Origin: Candidatus Kaiserbacteria bacterium
Lineage (GTDB): Bacteria; Patescibacteriota; Minisyncoccia; Phycocordibacterales; UBA2100
NCBI GenBank assembly: GCA_027083345.1
Contig: JALWOZ010000025.1
Location: 1-50,085 of the forward strand
DNA: 50,085 bases
Direction of reading: 5' to 3'
Part shown: piece after piece, positions 36,760 to 44,550 of the stretch
Layout: each line of letters opens with the position of its first letter
How positions within the stretch are numbered: position 1 is the first letter of the stretch
Program-made: the position numbers and the translations under genes
The notes under the pieces: model-generated
Told to the model about the DNA's origin: nothing
Database searches by the model: none
Seen by the model: only the letters and a program-made list of their open reading frames with translations

Positions 36760-37311
36760 ATGGCAGATGTTAAACAACAAACAGACGGTAAGCGTCATTG
36801 GTATACATTGCAAACATACTCAGGATATGAGGATGCTGTAACTCGCAACCTTATGCAACGTCGCGATTCTATGAATATGCAAAACTTAATATTTGATGTA
36901 GTAGTACCCACAGAGAAAAAGATTGTAGTTAAAGGTGGCAAGAGAGTAGAAGTAAGAGAAAAGATATACCCAGGTTATGTGCTTGTAGACATGATAGTTA
37001 CAGACGAGTCTTGGTATGTGGCACGTAATACACCACGCGTTACAGGTTTTGTAGGCTCTGGTACTCAGCCGGTGCCATTGACAGATATTGAGGTTAAGGA
37101 GCTCTTTGCGAGGATGGAGGCAGATGTGGCAAAGCATGCAATAGATCTATCTGTAGGAGATTCTGTTGTAATTACAGATGGACCATTTAAAGACCTTGAG
37201 GGTAAGGTCGGAGAGGTAGACGAGGAGCGAGGTAAGGTAAAGGTGATGGTACCTATGTTTGGGCGTGATACTCCTGTGGAGCTAGACTTCGTACAAGTTA
37301 ACCCTATATAG
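36760..37311 (+). CDS. nusG: Transcription factor NusG
   Basis: WYTLQTYSGYE, YPGYVLV, RNTPRVTGFVG, KOW DGPF, MFGRDTPVEL. Confidence 0.98.
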   Translation: MADVKQQTDGKRHWYTLQTYSGYEDAVTRNLMQRRDSMNMQNLIFDVVVPTEKKIVVKGGKRVEVREKIYPGYVLVDMIVTDESWYVARNTPRVTGFVGSGTQPVPLTDIEVKELFARMEADVAKHAIDLSVGDSVVITDGPFKDLEGKVGEVDEERGKVKVMVPMFGRDTPVELDFVQVNPI

Positions 37312-37372
37312 CATTACAAATAGTGGACTTTTAGTAAAAAACAAGTAATATACACGGATAAATTAAAATATT

Positions 37373-37798
37373 ATGGCAAAGAAGATAGAGAGAACATTAA
37401 AGCTGCAGATAGAGGCTGGTAAGGCAACACCAGCACCACCTATTGGGCCAGCACTTGGCCAAGTAGGAGTTAACATCGGAGACTTTGTAAACCGCTTTAA
37501 CGACGGTACTAAAGACATGATGGGTAATATAGTACCTACAATAATTAAGGTGTATGACGACAAGAGCTTCGACCTTGAGTTTAAGACTCCGCCAGCATCA
37601 CAGCTTATAATGAAGAAGCTCGGTATCAAGCAAGGCTCAGGTAAGAACCTTACAAAGAAGGTAGGTAAGATAACCCAAGCGCAACTAGAGGAGATAGCTA
37701 CAGAGAAGCTCGCAGATATCTCAGCTAAAGACGCAAAGCAAGGAGCAAAGATAATAGCCGGCACTGCCCGCTCTATGGGTGTTGAGGTTGAGGGCTAG
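37373..37798 (+). CDS. rplK: 50S ribosomal protein L11
   Basis: AGKATPAPPIGPALGQ, KTPPAS, IAGTARSMG. Confidence 0.98.
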   Translation: MAKKIERTLKLQIEAGKATPAPPIGPALGQVGVNIGDFVNRFNDGTKDMMGNIVPTIIKVYDDKSFDLEFKTPPASQLIMKKLGIKQGSGKNLTKKVGKITQAQLEEIATEKLADISAKDAKQGAKIIAGTARSMGVEVEG

Positions 37799-37810
37799 CT
37801 AAAGTTAAAC

Positions 37811-37857
37811 AACATAATAAAACCACTGGCAAGATTAGCCCGTGGTTTTATTATGTT
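37811..37857 (+). terminator. Terminator-like hairpin after rplK
   Basis: AACATAATAAAACCAC...GTGGTTTTATTATGTT. Confidence 0.7.
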
Positions 37858-37860
37858 AAA

Positions 37861-39228
37861 ATGCAAGAGATGAATCAATTGTCTAACATTAAACACCCAA
37901 CAGCAAGGATTAAAACAGGAGGTAAGGTGGTAGTGCTCAATACTGATGCAACCATAAGTTCTGAGGCTACGGCTATGTTGCAGGCTCTGCACTCACGATC
38001 TACAGGGGGGCTTATGTCGCACCTTAAGAGTTTGGCCAAGACAGGCTCTGACAAGTTTATGTCTAGTTTTTATGTGGGTTACGGTCATAAGTCTATCGGT
38101 GACTGTGGTAATACTACTCTCTTTATAGAAGGAGTATCAATGCTCAATGCTAAGGCTATACAAGATTGGAAGCTCTACTCGGGCCAAGAGGCATCTACTA
38201 GGTATATAGACTTCCGTAAGCAGGAGTTTATGAATCCACTAGGTAATAAAAAAGGTGAGAAAGTTCTTGAGGACTGGCGCAAGTTCTATATAGGCTCTAT
38301 GAGCTCTGTGGTAGAGAGCCTTAAAGAGAGATACCCAATGCAAGATGGTGAGAAGGAGGCTGTCTACAATAAGGCCATAAACGCCAGAGCGTTTGATATC
38401 TTAAGAGGATTCTTGCCTGCTGGGGCAACTACCAACTTAGCTTGGTCTACCAACCTAAGGCAGGCCGCAGACAAAGTGGTCCTACTTAGGCACCATCCAC
38501 TAGAGGAGGTTGCCTGCACTGCAGAGGCGATAACCAAGGCGCTGCAGAAGGCTCATCCAAGCTCATTTGGGCATAAGTTATATAAAGACACAGAGGAGTA
38601 TAACAAGGAGTGGATGAAGCGGGATTATTATTATCATAACACCAAGTGCCCAGACTTTAAGCTCTCTAGAGACTCGATAGACAGAGGGTTTATAAAAGAG
38701 TACAAAAGAGAGTTATCTACAAGGCCAAATGCTCATACAGAGCTGCCGCCGCATATTGCCGAGTTGGGAGATTTGCAATTTGAGTTTACTTTAGACTTTG
38801 GCTCATTTAGAGATATACAGAGGCATAGAGCTGTCACTCAGCGTATGCCACTGCTTACAACAAACTTAGGCTTTGAAGAGTGGTATCTGGATGAGTTGCC
38901 GAGTAAGGTGCGAGTGAAGGGCGAGAAGCTTCTAAAGAAGCAGGAGAAGGCTATAAAGGCGCTAAAGACGACTCCAGAGATAGCTCAATATTACACCGCA
39001 ATGGGCTACAAGTGCGCCAATAGGCTAACGGGCGACTTAAAGGCTCTTGTGTACTTAGTAGAATTGCGTAATACACATTTTGTACACCCAACATTGCGCA
39101 AGAGGGCTATACAAATGGCGCATGAGCTTGAGAGTAGATTTAAAGATACTGGACTTAAGATATACTTAGACAATGAGCCAGATAGATTTGATATTAAGCG
39201 TGGTGAGCATGATATAGTGTTAAAGTAA
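37861..39228 (+). CDS. thyX: FAD-dependent thymidylate synthase, long tandem Thy1 type
   Basis: YGHKSIGD, QEASTRY, RGFLPAG, DFGSFRDIQRHR, ELR...HP; context dcd-dut-tmk. Confidence 0.82.
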   Translation: MQEMNQLSNIKHPTARIKTGGKVVVLNTDATISSEATAMLQALHSRSTGGLMSHLKSLAKTGSDKFMSSFYVGYGHKSIGDCGNTTLFIEGVSMLNAKAIQDWKLYSGQEASTRYIDFRKQEFMNPLGNKKGEKVLEDWRKFYIGSMSSVVESLKERYPMQDGEKEAVYNKAINARAFDILRGFLPAGATTNLAWSTNLRQAADKVVLLRHHPLEEVACTAEAITKALQKAHPSSFGHKLYKDTEEYNKEWMKRDYYYHNTKCPDFKLSRDSIDRGFIKEYKRELSTRPNAHTELPPHIAELGDLQFEFTLDFGSFRDIQRHRAVTQRMPLLTTNLGFEEWYLDELPSKVRVKGEKLLKKQEKAIKALKTTPEIAQYYTAMGYKCANRLTGDLKALVYLVELRNTHFVHPTLRKRAIQMAHELESRFKDTGLKIYLDNEPDRFDIKRGEHDIVLK

Positions 39229-39229
39229 T

Positions 39230-39766
39230 ATGATTTTATCAGATACAGCGGTATTAAAAGAGATTAAGAAGGGTACTCTTGTGATAGAGCCTTTTAACAT
39301 AGAGAGGCTTGGCAGTAACTCATATGATGTTGCACTTAGTAAGCACCTGGCGGTGTATGAGCAAGAGGAGCTTGATGCCAAGGCGCACAATACCTTAAGG
39401 CACTTTGAGATACCTACTGAGGGCTTTGTGTTGCAACCGGGCGAGCTCTACTTAGGCTCTACAGAGGAGTATACAGAGACGCATAATCACTTGTCTATAC
39501 TAGACGGCAAGAGTAGTGTGGGCAGGCTAGGGATAGACATACACGCTACTGCCGGTATTGGAGATGTGGGCTTTAAGGGGTATTGGACGCTCGAGCTCTC
39601 TGTGACAAAGCCTGTTAGAGTCTACGCTGGTATGCCCATAGGGCAAATAATCTACTATACTGTTGAGGGAGAGGTGGAGAATAGGTATGACACTAAAGGT
39701 GATGCCAAATACTCACAGCAAGAGCATTTGCCCGTGGAGTCAATGATGTGGAAGAATAAGTTTTAA
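39230..39766 (+). CDS. dcd: dCTP deaminase
   Basis: MILSD, GKSSVGRLG, AGIGDVGFKG...TLE, IGQ. Confidence 0.93.
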   Translation: MILSDTAVLKEIKKGTLVIEPFNIERLGSNSYDVALSKHLAVYEQEELDAKAHNTLRHFEIPTEGFVLQPGELYLGSTEEYTETHNHLSILDGKSSVGRLGIDIHATAGIGDVGFKGYWTLELSVTKPVRVYAGMPIGQIIYYTVEGEVENRYDTKGDAKYSQQEHLPVESMMWKNKF

Positions 39767-39769
39767 TTT

Positions 39770-40192
39770 ATGCAAGTTAGAGTTTTAAAAATAAAAGATA
39801 ATGCAAAAGTACCCGTGTTCGCTCATGATAATGACGCGGGTGCAGATGTGTTTGCTATAGAGAGAACTGTCGTGCCTGCTAGAGGCAGAGCTACAATCCC
39901 GACAGGTATTGGGCTCGCAGTCCCTGATGGTTATGTAGCACTTGTATTTGATAAAAGCGGGTTGGCATCTAAGTACGGTTTGTTTAAAGCTGGAGGTGTC
40001 ATAGATTCTGGGTACCGAGGAGAGATCCATGTTATTATGACAAATACTGCAGATAATGACTACATATTTGAAGAGGGAGATAAACTGGCTCAGATAGTAT
40101 TCCAGAAAGTAGAACATCCAGATATGGTCGTAGTATCTGAGTTTGAAGATACCGAGCGAGGTGACTCAGGATTCGGTAGTACAGGTAAATAG
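39770..40192 (+). CDS. dut: dUTPase
   Basis: DAGADV, KSGLA, GVIDSGYRGE, GDKLAQ, RGDSGFGSTG. Confidence 0.96.
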   Translation: MQVRVLKIKDNAKVPVFAHDNDAGADVFAIERTVVPARGRATIPTGIGLAVPDGYVALVFDKSGLASKYGLFKAGGVIDSGYRGEIHVIMTNTADNDYIFEEGDKLAQIVFQKVEHPDMVVVSEFEDTERGDSGFGSTGK

Positions 40193-40198
40193 TTTTTT

Positions 40199-40732
40199 AT
40201 GGATAAATTACCAAATAAAATAATAACAGAAATAGGGAATACGGAATACTTTCCAGAGAATTTATCTGAGGCTATAGAGTATAAACCGGTAGTGGCTATA
40301 TTGATGACAAGAGATGCGGTGTCAGGCGGTAAAGAGGTCCTCTTAACCAAAAGTAGAAAGACAGGTAAATGGTATTACCCTGGAGGTAAGATGGATATGC
40401 AGCTGGATACTGATGGTACATACAAGATAGAGGATCCGAAGCTGGCTCTAAGGAGGGAGTTCAAAGAAGAGCTTGGTGTTGAGCTTAGTGTTGATATACC
40501 TCGAAACCCAACTTACACAGAGCCTGTTAAGACAGAGGGTAATTTCTACTTAGTGTATACATATGCGGTAGATGTTACCGATAAAGACTTAGGCGAATTT
40601 ACCCTACAAGAGGGTGATACTGTAGAAGAGTTCCAGTGGGTAACAAGCCCATTTGATTATGATTTAACAGAAGTTGCAAAAAACTCTCTTATAGAGAGTG
40701 GCCTTTTTGGTAAGCCGGACTCAGTAGAATAA
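40199..40732 (+). CDS. NUDIX hydrolase
   Basis: WYYPGGK...E...ALRREFKEELG (Nudix box with an insertion). Confidence 0.85.
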   Translation: MDKLPNKIITEIGNTEYFPENLSEAIEYKPVVAILMTRDAVSGGKEVLLTKSRKTGKWYYPGGKMDMQLDTDGTYKIEDPKLALRREFKEELGVELSVDIPRNPTYTEPVKTEGNFYLVYTYAVDVTDKDLGEFTLQEGDTVEEFQWVTSPFDYDLTEVAKNSLIESGLFGKPDSVE

Positions 40733-40742
40733 ATAATTTAAT

Positions 40743-41378
40743 ATGAACAAAAATAAAAGAGGGAAGTTTATAGTCTTAGATGGCGGAGAGGGAGCTGGTA
40801 AAACTACTGTGGCAAAGGCTGTGGTAGACAAGTTGGGCTGGAATGCCATATACACTCGTGAGCCGGGAGGCTCACAATATGCAGAGAAGATCCGTGAGTT
40901 ATTACTCTCTGATGATGCTAAGCACTCAGATGCAGAGACTCAATTTGCCCTCTTTTGGGCGGCTCGGAGAGATTTCCTTAAGCATGTTGTGATACCGGCC
41001 TTAAATGACGGTAAGACATTAATAACAGACAGATTTGACTCATCTACATATGCGTATCAGATAGTGGCTCAGGGTAACCCAAAGCTCGAGAAGCTTTTTT
41101 GGCAAGTTAGAGACACCTTCTTAGACGGATATGAGCCAGATGTGTATATACTCTTAGATATAGAGCCTACAGAGGGCTTAACAAGAGCTGGGAGTAGAGG
41201 AGAGGCAGAGCTAAATCACTTTGATAAGAGGAAGTTGAACTTCCACCTGCAGGTTAATCAAGGTCTCAGAGACTTTGTGCTTAAGAAGGTAAGTAATGGG
41301 GAAGTGGTAGATGCGAGTCAGGGGGTAGAGAAGGTGATAGCTGATACACTAGAGGTTATTACTAAGACAATGGAATAA
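40743..41378 (+). CDS. tmk: Thymidylate kinase
   Basis: DGGEGAGKTT, TREPGG, DRFDSSTYAYQ. Confidence 0.96.
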   Translation: MNKNKRGKFIVLDGGEGAGKTTVAKAVVDKLGWNAIYTREPGGSQYAEKIRELLLSDDAKHSDAETQFALFWAARRDFLKHVVIPALNDGKTLITDRFDSSTYAYQIVAQGNPKLEKLFWQVRDTFLDGYEPDVYILLDIEPTEGLTRAGSRGEAELNHFDKRKLNFHLQVNQGLRDFVLKKVSNGEVVDASQGVEKVIADTLEVITKTME

Positions 41379-41417
41379 GCAAGACATTTAGCTATAAATT
41401 TGTTACTCTGGAGCGCG

Positions 41418-42491
41418 ATGACAGTCAAACGCAATAAGACAATACAGACACCTCATGGAGAGCTTGTGATGCCCTTCTTTATGCCGGATGCTACGCGCTC
41501 GGGTGTGCGAGGGTTACCTATGGAGGAGATAGTTGGGACGGGTATCAGTGCAATGTGCATGAACACCTACCACTTGATGCTCCGCCCTGGAGTAGAGACA
41601 GTTAAGAGGGCTGGTGGCTTACACAACTTTAGTGGGTGGGGTGGACCTATACTTACAGACTCTGGAGGGTATCAAGTATTCTCTCTTATACATGCCAATC
41701 CAAAGTTGGGGAAGATAACAGAGGAGGGAGCCAAGTTTAGAGATGTATACAGTGGCGCATGGCATATGCTCACTCCAGAGAGGTCTATACAGGTGCAGTG
41801 CGACTTAGGAGTGGACATGATGGTGATACTAGACGATGTGCGCCCTAATGACAGAAGCAGGCAGGAGTTGAGTGAGGCAGTAGAGAGGACTGTAAGATGG
41901 GCCGAGCGCGCGTGGTTAGAGTATCAAAAGCAGGCTAAAGAGCGCGGGTGGACAGAGCAGACGCGCCCAAAGGTATTCGCCGTAGTGCAAGGTGGGCCTC
42001 ACTTAGACCTTAGGCAGAGGTGCTTAGATGGATTGCTTGAGGTTGGCGAATGGGATGGCTTCGGCTTCGGTGGCTTGCATATAGCTGACGATGGAGTGAT
42101 GATGGATGAGTTGGTTAAGGGTGTTGCAGAGATGATTCCAGACGAGAAGCTCAAGTTTGCTCTTGGTGTGGGCAAGCCAGAGGACATCCGTAAGTTTTAC
42201 GAGTATGGGTGGGACATGTTTGATTGCACGCTACCAACAAGGGATGGCAGACACGGCAGAGCATACCTTTGGAATAAGGGAGATGTAAAGATAGAGAATA
42301 TAAATACATCAGTAAATATACATTCAAATGAGCCGTTAGAGCAAGGTTGTGAATGTGGATGCAGAGAGTATAGGCGAGGTTACTTAAGGCACTTATTGCA
42401 AGTGAGTGACACAGCTGCAGGTGCTGTGATAATGCGCCACAATCTGCATGTGTACGCCAAGTTACTTAAAGAGCTTAGAGATGTTGAATAA
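41418..42491 (+). CDS. tgt: tRNA-guanine transglycosylase
   Basis: NTYHLMLRPG, LTDSGGYQVFSL, VQGG, GVGKPED, DMFDCTLPTR, C-x-C-x-C...H zinc site; start at ATG 41418. Confidence 0.93.
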   Translation: MTVKRNKTIQTPHGELVMPFFMPDATRSGVRGLPMEEIVGTGISAMCMNTYHLMLRPGVETVKRAGGLHNFSGWGGPILTDSGGYQVFSLIHANPKLGKITEEGAKFRDVYSGAWHMLTPERSIQVQCDLGVDMMVILDDVRPNDRSRQELSEAVERTVRWAERAWLEYQKQAKERGWTEQTRPKVFAVVQGGPHLDLRQRCLDGLLEVGEWDGFGFGGLHIADDGVMMDELVKGVAEMIPDEKLKFALGVGKPEDIRKFYEYGWDMFDCTLPTRDGRHGRAYLWNKGDVKIENINTSVNIHSNEPLEQGCECGCREYRRGYLRHLLQVSDTAAGAVIMRHNLHVYAKLLKELRDVE

Positions 42492-42509
42492 GTATAGTAT
42501 AGTATAAAC

Positions 42510-42755
42510 ATGAGTATTAAATACAATAACATTTTAGACACTGTAGAAGATGAAGGTGTAAAGGTACAATCTTATTATGGTAAATACTTAGTAAACTCTT
42601 ATGAGGAGGCCCTAGAGCGCGCCAAGGTAATGGACTTTGTAGGTGGTGTGAGAGAGGAGGGCAAGGAGCATGCAATGATGTTTAGCTCTCAAGAGGAGTT
42701 TGATGAGGAGATTAAAGGTAAGGTGTATCCAGTTGCTATAGTGCCTCTTGTGTAG
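42510..42755 (+). CDS. Hypothetical protein
   Basis: 81-aa ORF with TATAGT 6 nt before the ATG; no recognised motif. Confidence 0.55.
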   Translation: MSIKYNNILDTVEDEGVKVQSYYGKYLVNSYEEALERAKVMDFVGGVREEGKEHAMMFSSQEEFDEEIKGKVYPVAIVPLV

Positions 42756-42827
42756 TTCAATGCTTTTTGGTTGGTATAATTGTGTATAACTTTGTCTTTA
42801 GTGTGTTGTTTATACTATAATAAAAGA

Positions 42828-43196
42828 ATGCAGAATATAAAAGTCTTAATATTAAGTTTATTAATAGGCGTAACTTTGGCAGCCAGTATAACATATGCCG
42901 CATGGTCTACCAATACTTGGCATGATCCAAATTCGTGGATTTCTAATGGCGCTACAATATCTGCTCAAAAGATAGCAGAGAATTTTGCATATCTTAAGGC
43001 TAGAGTAGGGAGTACTCCCACATGTACACCTGTAACTACTCTAGTGTCTGTTTGTAGTTACGGTGCCAGTTCCTCTGATTGCCCATCTTCTCATCCTGTA
43101 TTGTTGAGTGCGTATAATCAAGGATCTTCGTGTGGAGGAGGTGGAGGGTCAAAAAATTACTACTCCCTCACATGTTTAGGTGTTGTCTGTCAATAA
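42828..43196 (+). CDS. Small secreted Cys-rich protein
   Basis: Signal peptide ending ITYA|A; six Cys in the C-terminal half; start at ATG 42828. Confidence 0.65.
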   Translation: MQNIKVLILSLLIGVTLAASITYAAWSTNTWHDPNSWISNGATISAQKIAENFAYLKARVGSTPTCTPVTTLVSVCSYGASSSDCPSSHPVLLSAYNQGSSCGGGGGSKNYYSLTCLGVVCQ

Positions 43197-43221
43197 TGGT
43201 CTTTGCTGAGTAGGTAGTCAA

Positions 43222-43896
43222 TTACCAATTTATAATGTTACTATCCGCATGGTGTTGTTTTAAATAGTCATTAGCTTTAGAGAAGTGCTTACAACCTAAG
43301 AACCCTCTATAAGCAGACAATGGAGAAGGGTGGGAAGATTCCAATACTAAGTGTTTATCTTGATTTATGAGAGTCTTTTTAGATTTAGCATAATTGCCCC
43401 ATAATATAAACACTACGTGTTCTTTGTGTTTGGATATTTTGTTTATAACATAGTCTGTAAACTCTACCCAACCTATGTTTGAGTGACTACCCGGATCGTT
43501 TTCTTTCACCGTTAGTATTGAATTTAGCAATAATACACCTTGTTGAGCCCAATGTGATAAGTCTGTATCGGTATTGATAGACCCTATGTCTGCTTTAATT
43601 TCTTTAAATATATTTGATAACGTTGGGGGCGCTGTAATGTCTTTGGGTACAGAAAAGCTTAATCCATTAGCTTGGCCTTTTTTATAATAAGGATCTTGTC
43701 CGAGTATAACTACTCTAACTTTATCAAATGGAGTCTCATTAAATGCTTTGAATATATTCTTGTAAGCGGGGTACACACGCTCTTTTTTATTTGAGTAATC
43801 TAAGCGTACTCTCTTAATTGTTTCTTTAAATGATTTATTATTAATATAATCATGTAATATGTTTGTCCAAGATTGCTCCATATCTAAATTGCTCAT
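43222..43896 (-). CDS. ung: Uracil-DNA glycosylase, family 1
   Basis: ILGQDPY, GLSFSV, QGVLLLN, HPSPLSA. Confidence 0.97.
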   Translation of the reverse strand: MSNLDMEQSWTNILHDYINNKSFKETIKRVRLDYSNKKERVYPAYKNIFKAFNETPFDKVRVVILGQDPYYKKGQANGLSFSVPKDITAPPTLSNIFKEIKADIGSINTDTDLSHWAQQGVLLLNSILTVKENDPGSHSNIGWVEFTDYVINKISKHKEHVVFILWGNYAKSKKTLINQDKHLVLESSHPSPLSAYRGFLGCKHFSKANDYLKQHHADSNIINW

Positions 43897-43983
43897 AATG
43901 ATGAATGATAACAGAATACAATACTTAAGTGTATTGTGTTATAGGTAACGAGTAAAGAGGAGTGATATGGTATTATTGTATAT

Positions 43984-44523
43984 ATGAGTTACGCTATATA
44001 TAATACAGAGGCAGTAGTCTTAAAGAGAGTTGAGCATGGAGAGGCAGATGTATTGCTGTGGATGATTACCAAAGACTTAGGGCTGATAATCGCCAAAGCA
44101 CAAGGTGTACGTAAGTTAGAGGCTAAGATGAGAGGATACCTGCAACTGTTTAAGTATTGTAGGGTTTCTTTGGTTAGGGGTAAATGCATGTGGAGAGTAA
44201 CAGGAGCAGAGATGTCGAGCAATATGACCCCACAAACAATTAAAGACCGCAACCTGCTTAATAGGTTGTCTACTTTTATATGTAGGATAACGCCTTTGGA
44301 ATCTAATACTGTTTGCGAAATCTTTGAATTAATGGTGAATTTAATAAAAAATGATATAAATGTGGACAATATAGATAAATACGAGCTTGTATTAGTAGCT
44401 AAGATATTGGTTAATTTAGGTTATTTAGACGAGCTTAAGGTAGATGAGTTTTATAAAGGGTTAATTACTAGGTATGACTTGGCTACAGATGTTAACAATG
44501 CTATATCTAATAGTCATTTGTAA
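43984..44523 (+). CDS. recO: DNA repair protein RecO (short form)
   Basis: TEAVVLK...GEAD...TKDLG.I.AKAQGVRK. Confidence 0.82.
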   Translation: MSYAIYNTEAVVLKRVEHGEADVLLWMITKDLGLIIAKAQGVRKLEAKMRGYLQLFKYCRVSLVRGKCMWRVTGAEMSSNMTPQTIKDRNLLNRLSTFICRITPLESNTVCEIFELMVNLIKNDINVDNIDKYELVLVAKILVNLGYLDELKVDEFYKGLITRYDLATDVNNAISNSHL

Positions 44524-44550
44524 ATGTATTGACGTGGTATAATTTATTCT

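Noticed and set aside
37861-42491. Prophage or DNA-modification (dpd/7-deazaguanine) island suggested by thyX, dcd, dut and tgt
   Set aside because: No phage structural, integrase or dpd/que genes are present; the TGT has the bacterial tRNA-type layout with a zinc site, and the neighbours are housekeeping genes.
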